Source: Desulfomonilia bacterium (GTDB taxonomy: Bacteria; Desulfobacterota; Desulfomonilia; UBA1062). From it: DNA of 46,896 bases. The translations under genes were made by a program, and so were the position numbers. The DNA lies in contig JBEKDT010000022.1 of assembly GCA_050014195.1 (NCBI GenBank), positions 1 to 46,896 on the forward strand. Direction: 5' to 3'. Below, one piece after another: positions 9,374-18,994 of the stretch. The notes below the pieces were generated by a model. It ran no database searches. It saw only the letters and a list, made by a program, of their open reading frames with translations, and was not told the origin of the DNA. The stretch's first letter is position 1. The number at the start of each line of letters is the position of its first letter.

Positions 9374-9401
9374 CTGGATTCCCGCTTGAAGCGGGAATGA
9401 C
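9374..9401. repeat. ATTCCC-N-GGGAAT type palindromic repeat
   Basis: CTGGATTCCCGCTTGAAGCGGGAATGAC. Confidence 0.6.
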
Positions 9402-9514
9402 GGAGAATGACTTATACGACAACCTTACTCAGAAGAGGGACTCGGGAGATTGCCCGAGGTATCTCCCCTCGAAAATCCCGCTTGATTTGTCCTGAAAAAT
9501 TCTGCATATATTAG

Positions 9515-9529
9515 TATTGTAATACAATA
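9515..9529. promoter_or_regulatory. Putative GntR/FadR-type operator
   Basis: Palindrome TATTGTA-A-TACAATA matching TNGT-N3-ACNA, just upstream of the acyl-CoA ligase gene. Confidence 0.55.
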
Positions 9530-9556
9530 ATACATATTGCATTGGAGGTTTCTGCC

Positions 9557-11185
9557 ATGATGGATTCTCCCCTTCTGCTCAGGACGTTTCTGATGAGGAC
9601 TGCCAGGTATTTTCCCAAAAAAGAGGTCGTCTCGGTATTTCCCGAGGGCGTGCACCGGTACACCTATGGGGACTACTACAAGAGGGTGTGCCAGCTCGCC
9701 CATGCCCTGAAGTCGCTGGGCATCAAGCGGGGGGACAAGGTCGCGAGCATGGCCTTGAACGACCACCGGCACCTTGAGCTCTACTTCGGCGTGCCGTGCA
9801 CCGGGGCTGTGTTGCACACCGTTAACTTCAGGCTCCCGCAGAACCACCTGGTCTACATCATCAACCATGCGGAAGACCAGGTCATCTTCGTGGACGAAGA
9901 CCTCCTCATGTTCGTGGAGATGGTGAAAGACCAGCTCAAGAACGTCAGGCACATCGTGGTGCTCTCGCACACGGGCAAGAAACCGGCTTCCAGCATAGAG
10001 AACCTCATCATGTACGATGAGCTCATCGCCCAGTTCCCGGAAGAGTATGACTTCCCGGCCGACCTCTCCGAGTGGGACCCGGCCATGATATGCTACACCT
10101 CTGCAACCACGGGCGACCCCAAGGGCGTGGTGTATTCCCACCGGGCAATCATCCTCCATACCTATGCCGTGGCGATCACCTTCGGTGCAAGTGAGGCGGA
10201 CTGCATCCTGCACATCGTGCCCATGTTCCATGCCAATGCCTGGTGCGCGCCCTTTGCCGCGGTGGGAGCCGGCTGCAAGCAGGTCCTTCCCGGCAGGGAG
10301 GTGATCAACATGGAGAAGCTCTGCAGGACCATAGCCCAGGAGAAGGTCACCTTCACCGCGGGCGTGCCCACCATCTGGATGCTCCTGTTCGACTACCTGG
10401 AAAAGGGCGGGTGGCACGACTTTTCATCGCTCAGGACCATTGCAAGTGGCGGCTCAGCCATCCCCAGGCAGCTCATGATAGACTTAAACGAGAAGTACAA
10501 CTTCCCCATCAAGCAGGCCTACGGCTCCACCGAGACCACGCCCCTGGCCACGGCTGCCATACCCAAGAGCTACATGAAGGACTGGCCTGCGGAGAAGCTC
10601 TACGACATCAAGACGAGCGCGGGGCTCATTGCGATCGGCCTGGAAATGAAAGTCGTGGGCGACTCCGGAGCGGAAGTGAAGATGGACGGCAAGGAGTGGG
10701 GCGAGATCTGCCTGAGGGGACCATGGATCGCGAACGAATACTACAAGGACCCGGAGCGCTCAAAGGAGACATTCTACGACGGGTGGTATCACACCGGCGA
10801 CATCGGCACCATCGACGAAGAGGGCTATGTAAGGCTCGTGGACCGCAAGAAGGACCTGGTCAAGAGCGCAGGTGAGTGGATCTCATCGGTGGACCTGGAG
10901 AACCTCATCATGGCTCATCCCAAGGTGTTGGAGGCCGCCATCATCGGCGTGCCGCACCCCAAATGGCAGGAGCGACCTCTGGCCTGTATAGCGGTGACAC
11001 CTGGGCAGAAGGTTACCGCCGATGAGCTGAAGGATTTCCTCAAGGACAAGGTCAAGGCCGCCTTTTGGATACCCGACGAGATCATCTTCTTAAAGGAGAT
11101 CCCCAAAACCAGCGTGGGCAAGTTCAACAAGCGCGAGCTCAGGCAGCTCTATGCAGACGGCAAGCTGAAGTCATTGCAGTTCTGA
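9557..11185 (+). CDS. Fatty-acid--CoA ligase (AlkK-like ANL enzyme)
   Basis: YTSATTGDPKG, YGSTET, GWYHTGD, DRKKD, PKTSVGKFNK; start placed at ATG after GGAGG. Confidence 0.92.
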   Translation: MMDSPLLLRTFLMRTARYFPKKEVVSVFPEGVHRYTYGDYYKRVCQLAHALKSLGIKRGDKVASMALNDHRHLELYFGVPCTGAVLHTVNFRLPQNHLVYIINHAEDQVIFVDEDLLMFVEMVKDQLKNVRHIVVLSHTGKKPASSIENLIMYDELIAQFPEEYDFPADLSEWDPAMICYTSATTGDPKGVVYSHRAIILHTYAVAITFGASEADCILHIVPMFHANAWCAPFAAVGAGCKQVLPGREVINMEKLCRTIAQEKVTFTAGVPTIWMLLFDYLEKGGWHDFSSLRTIASGGSAIPRQLMIDLNEKYNFPIKQAYGSTETTPLATAAIPKSYMKDWPAEKLYDIKTSAGLIAIGLEMKVVGDSGAEVKMDGKEWGEICLRGPWIANEYYKDPERSKETFYDGWYHTGDIGTIDEEGYVRLVDRKKDLVKSAGEWISSVDLENLIMAHPKVLEAAIIGVPHPKWQERPLACIAVTPGQKVTADELKDFLKDKVKAAFWIPDEIIFLKEIPKTSVGKFNKRELRQLYADGKLKSLQF

Positions 11186-11218
11186 AATGATGGGTAAGGG
11201 ATCTTAAAGGAGGATGCC

Positions 11219-12370
11219 ATGTCTTTGCTGGACAAGTACTATACCGAGGAACACCAGATCTTCCGTGAATCGGTGAGGCGTTATTTCGAAAAGGAGGTCA
11301 CCCCGAACGCGGATAAATGGGAGATAGACGGGATCGTCCCGAAGGAGGCCTGGAAGAAATTCGCAGCACAGGGATTCCTCTGTCCATGGCTGCCCGAGGA
11401 ATACGGCGGCTCCGGGGTCGACTTCCTCTATTCCTTTATCCTGACCGAGGAGCTTGCACGGACCCGCTGCGGGGGCTTTTTCTTCCCGCTCCATTCGGAC
11501 ATCGTCGTACCGTACCTCTTCACCTACGGGACTGATGAACAGAAGAAAAAATGGCTGCCGGGCTGCGTCACGGCCGATATCATCACGGCCATCGCCATGA
11601 CCGAACCGGGCACCGGCTCCGATCTGGCGGCCATCCGCACCACAGCGATAAAGGATGGTGATTCATACATCATCAACGGCCAGAAGACCTTCATAAGTAA
11701 CGGCATCAACTGCGACCTGGTCGTCGTGGCAGCCCGTACCAACGTGAATGCGGCCAGCCCCTACGAGGGCATGTCGCTCATCGTGGTGGAAGACGGCACG
11801 CCGGGTTTCGAAAAGGGCAGGAAGCTCGACAAGATCGGGCTGCATTCCCAGGACACCCTGGAAATGGCCTTTGTGGACTGCCGCGTCCCTGCCTCGAACC
11901 TGCTGGGACACGAGGGCCAGGGGTTCTACTGCCTCATGGACAAGCTCCAGCAGGAGCGCCTCGTGTGTGCCATGGGCTCCCAGGTGGGGGCGGAAGAGGC
12001 GCTGCGTCTCACCATCGAGTTCACCAAGACCCGGGAGGCCTTCGGCAGGCCCATCAGCCGCTTCCAGTACATCTCCTTCGAGCTCGCCAAGATGGCGACC
12101 GAAGTGGAGGTGGGCAGGGCATTTGTAGAGAGCCTCCTCATCGATCATCTGGAAGGCAGGAAGGATGTCAAGAAGGCATCCATGGCCAAATACTGGGTCT
12201 GCGAGATGCTCAACCGCGTGGTCGCACAGTGCGTCCAGTTCCACGGCGGCTACGGGTACATGGAAGAATACCCCATCGCCCGCATGTTCCGGGACGCACG
12301 GGTCCAGACCATCTATGCCGGAACATCCGAGATCATGCTGCTCATCATATCAAGGCAGCTCGGTCTCTAA
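11219..12370 (+). CDS. Acyl-CoA dehydrogenase (long-chain type)
   Basis: IAMTEPGTGSDL, NGQKTFISNG, QFHGGYGYM, IYAGTSEI. Confidence 0.95.
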   Translation: MSLLDKYYTEEHQIFRESVRRYFEKEVTPNADKWEIDGIVPKEAWKKFAAQGFLCPWLPEEYGGSGVDFLYSFILTEELARTRCGGFFFPLHSDIVVPYLFTYGTDEQKKKWLPGCVTADIITAIAMTEPGTGSDLAAIRTTAIKDGDSYIINGQKTFISNGINCDLVVVAARTNVNAASPYEGMSLIVVEDGTPGFEKGRKLDKIGLHSQDTLEMAFVDCRVPASNLLGHEGQGFYCLMDKLQQERLVCAMGSQVGAEEALRLTIEFTKTREAFGRPISRFQYISFELAKMATEVEVGRAFVESLLIDHLEGRKDVKKASMAKYWVCEMLNRVVAQCVQFHGGYGYMEEYPIARMFRDARVQTIYAGTSEIMLLIISRQLGL

Positions 12371-12423
12371 CAGGGGAAGAAATTCCACGAGGCGTGACAG
12401 GTTCTCCTGATAACCCTTCAAAC

Positions 12424-12464
12424 AAGGGCCGCCGTGGCGGACAAGACTGTCACGGCGGCCCCTT
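12424..12464. terminator. Hairpin between convergent genes
   Basis: GGGCCGCCGTGGCGG...CTGTCACGGCGGCCC. Confidence 0.55.
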
Positions 12465-12483
12465 AAACAGGAGGGTAAAAAAT

Positions 12484-13233
12484 TTAGGAGACCGATAAAG
12501 CCTTTTTTAACGATCGTTTCAGATAATCGATATGTTCCACGGTAGCTACTTGTGCAGCCTCGGCATCCCGCTTTTCAATGGCCTTGAAGAGACTGTGGAG
12601 CTGCCTGACAATGGTGCGCGAGCTTCCCTCTATGGTTGAGAGCTTTTTCCTGCTGTAGGGTAGCGCGCCTATGAGAAGGGAGTTCATGGACTTGCGGATA
12701 TGCATGAAAATGGAATTCTTCGTCGATTCCATCAGGGCATTGAAGAATTCGATGTAGAGTTTGCCCCCTTCTTTTACATCGTGGAGCACGGCGTCTTCCC
12801 CGACCTCAAGTACCCGCGCGAAAATCCTTTTGAGCCTTGCGAGGTCTTTTGCCGTGGCATTCAGGCATGCCAGGCGCGCCGCCTCGGAGTCGAGGATCCT
12901 GCGCACGCATAAGAGCTCCCAGATCTTCTCCTGGTCCACCAGCAAGAGGTCTTCGATGGAGGTCTTCGCCGTATCGGCGGGTGATCTGACGAACTTGCCT
13001 TTCCGGTGCCGGGACTCGACATACCCTTTTGCCTCCAGCAGCTTCATGGCCTCCCGCAGCGAGATCCTGCTGATGCGGAAGCGTTCGGTCATCTCGTGCT
13101 CGGAAGGGAGCCTGTCTCCGGGCTTGAGCTTGCCCCGGCTGATGAGGTCGATGAACTGGTCGGCCACCAGTGTAGGTATTGCCGGTGATTTCCGGATGGG
13201 TGAGATGAATTTTCCTCTTGCCTCCATAGCCAT
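12484..13233 (-). CDS. GntR/FadR family transcriptional regulator
   Basis: wHTH LKPGDRLPSE...ISRISLREA plus FCD domain. Confidence 0.92.
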   Translation of the reverse strand: MAMEARGKFISPIRKSPAIPTLVADQFIDLISRGKLKPGDRLPSEHEMTERFRISRISLREAMKLLEAKGYVESRHRKGKFVRSPADTAKTSIEDLLLVDQEKIWELLCVRRILDSEAARLACLNATAKDLARLKRIFARVLEVGEDAVLHDVKEGGKLYIEFFNALMESTKNSIFMHIRKSMNSLLIGALPYSRKKLSTIEGSSRTIVRQLHSLFKAIEKRDAEAAQVATVEHIDYLKRSLKKALSVS

Positions 13234-13449
13234 TCCAAATATTAATATATGATGAACATACTATTATACAAGAGGAGATAACAATCAAGATCATTCGGCA
13301 TTGAAAAAGTATTTTATTTTTATTGTCACCCCTGCGAAAACGGGGGCAAGAACTATAAATAATAAGAAGAAGGTCGGCAGGACGCTCGAAGGCCGTACAT
13401 GGAACCAGATGCCGAGAATGCTATCTGTATGGAGAAAGGAATGAGAGTA

Positions 13450-14028
13450 ATGCAGGATGACAAACCCCGTTGCGGATGGATGCGGGACGACCCGCTCATG
13501 CAGGCGTACCACGATGATGAATGGGGGGTACCCGTGCATGAGGACAGGAGATGGTTTGAGTTCCTTGTACTCGACGCGTTCCAGGCCGGTCTCTCATGGA
13601 AGACGGTGCTCCACAAGCGCCACGCGTTCGGAAAGGTCTTTCATGGCTTTGACCCGGCCAGAGTCGCTCATATGTCCGAAGCCGAGATAGAAGCGGCATG
13701 CCAGAATCAATCCATTATCAGGAACCGGCAGAAGATCCGAGCAACCATCAGTAATGCAAAAGCCTTTCTGGCATTACAAAAAAAGTACGGCACATTCGAT
13801 TCTTTCATCTGGTCTTTCACGAAAGGAGGCGTGATCCATAACAAGTGGAAGACGCTTGAAGAAATACCGGCCTCAACGCCCCTGTCGGATGCCGTCAGCA
13901 AGGCGCTGAAGGCTGAAGGGTTTACTTTTGTCGGGAGCAGGATCTGCTATGCATTCCTTCAAGCAGGGGGGGTCGTCAACGACCACTTGGTGCAGTGCTT
14001 CAGGTACAAAGATCTCAAAAGAACATGA
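13450..14028 (+). CDS. tag: DNA-3-methyladenine glycosylase I
   Basis: RCGW...YHDDEWGVP, FQAGLSW, IIRNRQKI, NDHLVQC; start codon uncertain. Confidence 0.93.
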   Translation: MQDDKPRCGWMRDDPLMQAYHDDEWGVPVHEDRRWFEFLVLDAFQAGLSWKTVLHKRHAFGKVFHGFDPARVAHMSEAEIEAACQNQSIIRNRQKIRATISNAKAFLALQKKYGTFDSFIWSFTKGGVIHNKWKTLEEIPASTPLSDAVSKALKAEGFTFVGSRICYAFLQAGGVVNDHLVQCFRYKDLKRT

Positions 14029-14140
14029 TGGGTGGGGCCAGACAACCCTTTTTCAGCAACTCGCAATGGAAGATGTTTTAGGGGGGCAGTCTCCGCAGGT
14101 ATGCCGCCTCATAAGCCGAAAGCCAACAGCTGAAAAGCTT

Positions 14141-15601
14141 TTACTTCCTCTTCTTATCCTTGGTGTCGAGGGCCTTCTGGAGTTTGTCGCCCAGAGAGCT
14201 GAAGGAGCCTTTGGTATCACCTGCCTGGGTGAACCTGGTCCAGTCACCTTCTTCTCCCTTGTTGCCCGGTGAGAGTGATATCTTTCTCTGTTCGGCATCC
14301 ACGCGTTCGATGGTCACGGTAATGGCATCTCCCTCCCGGAGTTTGTCCAGGGCGGACGCATCATAATGTTGGGCCATCACGGATTTCGGCAGCAGACCGG
14401 TAATGCCGGGCTCTATCCTCACGAAATAGCCGAAGCGCTCCTTCTTTTCGATGACGCCTTCCACCACCTTCTCGGGGGGATACCTGTCCTGGATGCCGAT
14501 CCACGGGTCGCCCTCGGCCTCTTTCATGGAAAGTGAGATCCTCTTGGACTCAGGCGAGATGTCCTTGATCATCACATCCACCTCATCGCCAACCGAGACC
14601 ATATCCTGGGGTTTTTTCACGCGCTTCTTGTAGCTCATCTCGGATATGTGCACGAGCCCCTCGATGCCTTGGGCGATCTCCACGAATACACCAAACTCCG
14701 CAATGCGCGTCACCTTTGCCCGCAGACGCTCCCCCGGTTTGAAGCGGTTCAGCACGCTGTTCCAGGGGTCATCGGCCACCTGCTTCATGGAGAGTGATAT
14801 CCGCTTGCGGCTTATCTTCGGGTCTTCCTCGATGCTTAATACCTTGACCGTAATCTTCTCACCTATATGCAGGATATCCTCGGGCGAGAGGATCCTGGAC
14901 CAGCTCATCTCGGATATGTGCACCATGCCTTCGATGCCCTCTGCAAGCATAACGAGTGCGCCATAGGGCATGAGCCTGCTCACAATACCCTCAAGCACGG
15001 CCCCTACTTCCATGCGATCGAAGAAGGCCTCTCTTACTTTTGTCTGTTCCTGCTCCAGCAGGGCCTTCCTGGAAAGAATGATATTGTCGCCGTCTTCCTC
15101 CAACTCGGTGATGAGGAAGAGGTATGTCTTGCCTATATGGATGGAAGTGTCTTCGATGCGGAACAGGTCCATCTGGCTGAAGGGGCAGAATGCCTTGCGC
15201 TTCACCACTTCCACGCGATATCCGCCCTTGACCTGCTCCAGGACCTTCCCCTCGATGGGAACCGCCTTCTCATGGGCCTCCTGCAGGATACTCAGGCCGC
15301 CGATGCTCGAAATGGCCTTGGACAGCTTGATCTCCCCTCCCCTGCGCGACATGACGAATGCATCGATAGTATCACCCACGCTATAGGGCAGGTTGCCCTC
15401 CTCATCGAGGAACTCGGAGCGCTCGATGACGCCGTCTACCTTGAATCCGGTGTCGACGAATATGTGTTCCTTGCCGATGGAGATGATCTTTCCCTTAAGC
15501 CTGTCCCCCACCTGGATGCTGTCCCGCTGTTCCTTGTCGTAGGATTTAAGGAGATCGGCGAATTCCTTGGATGTATCGTCCGAATTGTTTCCCTGTGTCA
15601 T
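14141..15601 (-). CDS. rpsA: 30S ribosomal protein S1 or S1 paralog
   Basis: Repeated S1 domains (EGMVHISEMSW, EGLVHISEMSY, RISLSMK); 486 aa is short, possibly a second copy. Confidence 0.8.
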   Translation of the reverse strand: MTQGNNSDDTSKEFADLLKSYDKEQRDSIQVGDRLKGKIISIGKEHIFVDTGFKVDGVIERSEFLDEEGNLPYSVGDTIDAFVMSRRGGEIKLSKAISSIGGLSILQEAHEKAVPIEGKVLEQVKGGYRVEVVKRKAFCPFSQMDLFRIEDTSIHIGKTYLFLITELEEDGDNIILSRKALLEQEQTKVREAFFDRMEVGAVLEGIVSRLMPYGALVMLAEGIEGMVHISEMSWSRILSPEDILHIGEKITVKVLSIEEDPKISRKRISLSMKQVADDPWNSVLNRFKPGERLRAKVTRIAEFGVFVEIAQGIEGLVHISEMSYKKRVKKPQDMVSVGDEVDVMIKDISPESKRISLSMKEAEGDPWIGIQDRYPPEKVVEGVIEKKERFGYFVRIEPGITGLLPKSVMAQHYDASALDKLREGDAITVTIERVDAEQRKISLSPGNKGEEGDWTRFTQAGDTKGSFSSLGDKLQKALDTKDKKRK

Positions 15602-15705
15602 GTGCGACCTCTATAAATAAGGTATGATCGGGTAGATGGATGCTATAAAGGAAATTAATGCAGGAGTAAATGCCAAAATACCGTTGATACCCGGTCTCAT
15701 TCACA

Positions 15706-16650
15706 TCAGGATATAATGAGCCAACGGTATTCACGCACATGGTCGAGGAACTCATAGATGATCTCCTGTTCTTCAGTAGCACAAGCACGGCTTAAAAAGA
15801 TGAATCTCCATACAGGGGCGTCTTTTATCCCCAGGAGGTCCAGGAGTGATCCGGTGGCAATGGTCCTGCCGAAGGAACGGGCCACCTTGATGAGATGTGA
15901 GAACCGGATGGTATACTCGATGTGTCTGTAGAGGCGTATATCCCTGGGATAGGAATCGAGCGCCAGGCCTTCAGCAAGATAGGGCATTGCGCCGGGTATG
16001 ATGGGGTCACTCGAATGTTCACTGATGAATGCCGGCACGCCGAGCCTGCAGATGGTCTCTATCAGGGAGATAGCGCCGATATTAAGGTTAAAGGACCCAT
16101 CAAGGGGGGTTTCGAGCCCATAAGCCGCAATGAGGCCTGACACATCTTCGGGGAGATTATTAGGATCGAGGTTGGTCGCTGTATCGAGATCTCCGATGAC
16201 CTCATTGATAATGATAAGGTCAAGGCGGCCTTTGGCCCCCTTGAGCTCGTGGATATCCGCCTGTATAAAGGAAACCTTGTCTTGAAAGTTTTTCAGTCTT
16301 TCGCGTTGCTTTTTCAGCAGCATCGGAGAGAGATCCATCATAAAGGCCTTTTGTATGAGCGGGCCATGGGAGGTAAGCAGACTGTTCATAAGGCTGCCGT
16401 AGCCCCCGCCCATCTCGAGGATGACGGAAGAAGGGGTGAGCAGGCCCCTTTCCTCAAGGAAGTCGCCGAGAATTTCTCCATAGGCCTTGCCAAGCTTGAA
16501 TGCCTTTACGTAGGGGCTTGTATCTGTTGCCAGGGACTCGCAGACGGTGAGCTCCTTCATAAGATCGATAGGAGTCTCTCTGTGGAAGCCACGGGTACTG
16601 TTCATGCCCATGGCATTTGGTCTATACATGATTTTTGATAGAATGTCCAC
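15706..16650 (-). CDS. Class I SAM-dependent methyltransferase
   Basis: ILEMGGGYG, MDLS, IQADI, IINEVIGDL. Confidence 0.75.
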   Translation of the reverse strand: MDILSKIMYRPNAMGMNSTRGFHRETPIDLMKELTVCESLATDTSPYVKAFKLGKAYGEILGDFLEERGLLTPSSVILEMGGGYGSLMNSLLTSHGPLIQKAFMMDLSPMLLKKQRERLKNFQDKVSFIQADIHELKGAKGRLDLIIINEVIGDLDTATNLDPNNLPEDVSGLIAAYGLETPLDGSFNLNIGAISLIETICRLGVPAFISEHSSDPIIPGAMPYLAEGLALDSYPRDIRLYRHIEYTIRFSHLIKVARSFGRTIATGSLLDLLGIKDAPVWRFIFLSRACATEEQEIIYEFLDHVREYRWLIIS

Positions 16651-16715
16651 GCGCTAATCCATTGAATAGCGCGGATTTCTGTGTTATGTCCCCCCCAAGA
16701 AAAGGAGGAACATCA

Positions 16716-18095
16716 ATGGCGAGGATAAAGACATGTCTTTTATGTATAGCCTTAGTAGTGTGCTTCTCGGGTATCTCCTTTGCCGAGGCGCCGAATCCCT
16801 TTGAGGGGGACTGGGTCGCCGATGTCTCCGCCAAGGTGCTGCCTTCGGTGGTGAACATAGCATCGGTGAAAACGGTTACCATGCAGTCACCCTTGTTCAA
16901 CGATCCTTTCTTCAGAGAATTCTTCGGCGGCGGGGTTCCCCATGAACAGGTCCAAAGGGCCCTGGGCTCGGGTGTAATCATTTCCCCGGACGGATATATC
17001 GTGACCAACAACCATGTGGTGGGAGGGGCAGACAAGGTGGAGGTAAGGCTTTCGGACGCCAGGGTGTTCCCGGCCACCATTGTAGGGACGGACCCCAAGA
17101 GTGACGTAGCCATTATCAAGATCAATAAGACCGGCCTGCCGGCCATGAAGATCGGCGATTCTTCCAAGCTGCGGATCGGGAGCTTCGTCCTGGCCATAGG
17201 AAACCCCTTCGGCCTCGAGCAGACCGTCACCTTGGGCATCGTCAGTGCCCTGGGCAGATCCGGCCTTGGCATCACCGATTATGAGAACTTCATCCAGACG
17301 GATGCCGCTATCAACCCGGGCAATTCAGGCGGGGCATTGGTAAACATGAAGGGTGAGCTCATCGGCATCAATACCGCAATCCTTTCCCAGTCGGGCGGGA
17401 GCGTGGGCATCGGATTCGCCATCCCCATAGACCTTGTTATGAGCATCAAGAAGAGCATTGATAAATACGGCAAAGTGGTCCGGGGTTGGCTCGGCGTCAG
17501 CGTACAGGAGGTCACTCCGGAGATCGCCAAGGGGCTTGGACTCTCATCGGCCAGGGGAGCCCTTATCACAGAGGTTATGAAGGGTGGTCCTGCCGAAAAG
17601 TCAGGTATAAAGCACGGTGATGTTATCGTAGCCATCGACGGGAAACCGGTGCCGACCACGGCCTCTATGCGATTCCTGATCTCTGAGGTCATGCCTGGTT
17701 CTGCAGTGAAGGTTAAAGTTCTGCGCGATGGGAAGGAAAAGAACTTTACGGTTGTCGCCGGGGACCTGGCCAAGGCACAGGTACCCGAGCACATGGTACT
17801 CATCAAGGATAATAAGTTCCTTGAGGGTGCCACGGTCGCAGACCTCACCCCTGCCGGCAGGGAGACACTGAATCTCAAACCGGAAATCCAGGGTGTGGCT
17901 GTTATCAATGTGGCCGATAATTCTGCAGCAGCAAAGACAGGCTTAAGGCCGGGTGATATAATCCTGACCATCAACAACAAGACCACCAGGAACATCGAAG
18001 AGCTCAAGAAGGTAGTCATTGATTACAAGGGCATGAAGATGAGCATGAGTCTCTACCGGCAGGGCATGGTCATGACTATGACCATTATCAAATAG
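16716..18095 (+). CDS. degP: DegP/HtrA periplasmic serine protease with two PDZ domains
   Basis: Signal peptide, TNNHVV, DVAII, TDAAINPGNSGG; RBS AGGAGG before ATG 16716. Confidence 0.92.
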   Translation: MARIKTCLLCIALVVCFSGISFAEAPNPFEGDWVADVSAKVLPSVVNIASVKTVTMQSPLFNDPFFREFFGGGVPHEQVQRALGSGVIISPDGYIVTNNHVVGGADKVEVRLSDARVFPATIVGTDPKSDVAIIKINKTGLPAMKIGDSSKLRIGSFVLAIGNPFGLEQTVTLGIVSALGRSGLGITDYENFIQTDAAINPGNSGGALVNMKGELIGINTAILSQSGGSVGIGFAIPIDLVMSIKKSIDKYGKVVRGWLGVSVQEVTPEIAKGLGLSSARGALITEVMKGGPAEKSGIKHGDVIVAIDGKPVPTTASMRFLISEVMPGSAVKVKVLRDGKEKNFTVVAGDLAKAQVPEHMVLIKDNKFLEGATVADLTPAGRETLNLKPEIQGVAVINVADNSAAAKTGLRPGDIILTINNKTTRNIEELKKVVIDYKGMKMSMSLYRQGMVMTMTIIK

Positions 18096-18105
18096 GTCAT
18101 GTATG

Positions 18106-18130
18106 GGCCCCCTTAAGAGGGGGCCTTTTT
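18106..18130 (+). terminator. Intrinsic terminator after degP
   Basis: GGCCCCCT-TAAG-AGGGGGCC-TTTTT. Confidence 0.75.
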
Positions 18131-18159
18131 CAACCAATCTACTTAAGGAGAAACGGGTG

Positions 18160-18612
18160 ATGCGTGCAGTGATTCAGAGGGTAAAGAGCGCATCCGTCAT
18201 GGTGGATGGGGTCGAACTCTCCCGGATAGGCATGGGCCTGTGCTGCCTCATTGGTATCGAGGCGGATGACGGACCCGATGACATCGATTACCTGGCCCGG
18301 AAGATATGCAGTTTAAGGGTATTTGATGATGATAACGCCGTGATGAACCTCGATGTAACCGAAATGGGCGGTGAGATCCTGCTCATATCCCAATTCACCC
18401 TGATGGGTGATGCCAGGAAAGGCAGGAGGCCGTCCTATTCACACGCCGAAGCACCCCAGATCGCCGGGAAGAAGTTCGAAGCGCTTGTTGCCAAGGTAAG
18501 GGAACTCTATGCCGGCAACATTGAGACCGGTAAGTTCCAGGCCATGATGGATGTGTCGATCATCAATCATGGCCCGGTCACCATCCTGCTTGACAGCAAG
18601 AAGCTCTTTTAG
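18160..18612 (+). CDS. dtd: D-aminoacyl-tRNA deacylase
   Basis: MRAVIQRV, SQFTL, KGRRPS, NHGPVT. Confidence 0.96.
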   Translation: MRAVIQRVKSASVMVDGVELSRIGMGLCCLIGIEADDGPDDIDYLARKICSLRVFDDDNAVMNLDVTEMGGEILLISQFTLMGDARKGRRPSYSHAEAPQIAGKKFEALVAKVRELYAGNIETGKFQAMMDVSIINHGPVTILLDSKKLF

Positions 18613-18623
18613 AAGATGCCGTT

Positions 18624-18974
18624 TTAGCCTTTAAGGGCATTGATGCGTTCAAGGAGCTTGGCCTCGGGCAGAGCTCCCACGATATCGCCCACCTTCTTGC
18701 CGTTCTTGAAGACCAGGAGGTTCGGGATGGACCTAATGCCGTAATTCTTGGCGGTATCGGGGTTTTTATCCACATCCAGTTTTCCGAAGACAATCTCCCC
18801 TTTATGCTTTTTCGCCATGCTCTCCAGGATGGGGCCGATCATCTTACACGGGCCGCACCACTCGGCCCAGCAGTCCACCACGATGAACGGATACTTGGCC
18901 ACTGCATCAGCCATGTTCTGATCGGTCAAGGTGATGGTACTGTCTGGATTATCTACGAAACTTTCTTCCGGCAT
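18624..18974 (-). CDS. trxA: Thioredoxin
   Basis: WAEWCGPCK active site. Confidence 0.95.
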   Translation of the reverse strand: MPEESFVDNPDSTITLTDQNMADAVAKYPFIVVDCWAEWCGPCKMIGPILESMAKKHKGEIVFGKLDVDKNPDTAKNYGIRSIPNLLVFKNGKKVGDIVGALPEAKLLERINALKG

Positions 18975-18994
18975 GATCTCCTCCTTTTTCCCGA

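Noticed and set aside
8959-9495. ORFs at the island border as an integrase or transposase remnant
   Set aside because: No recognisable motifs; they run through palindromic repeats
9425-18019. Long antisense ORFs (e.g. 9425-10417, 11663-12244, 14867-15616, 17279-18019)
   Set aside because: Shadow frames of GC-rich genes with no motifs
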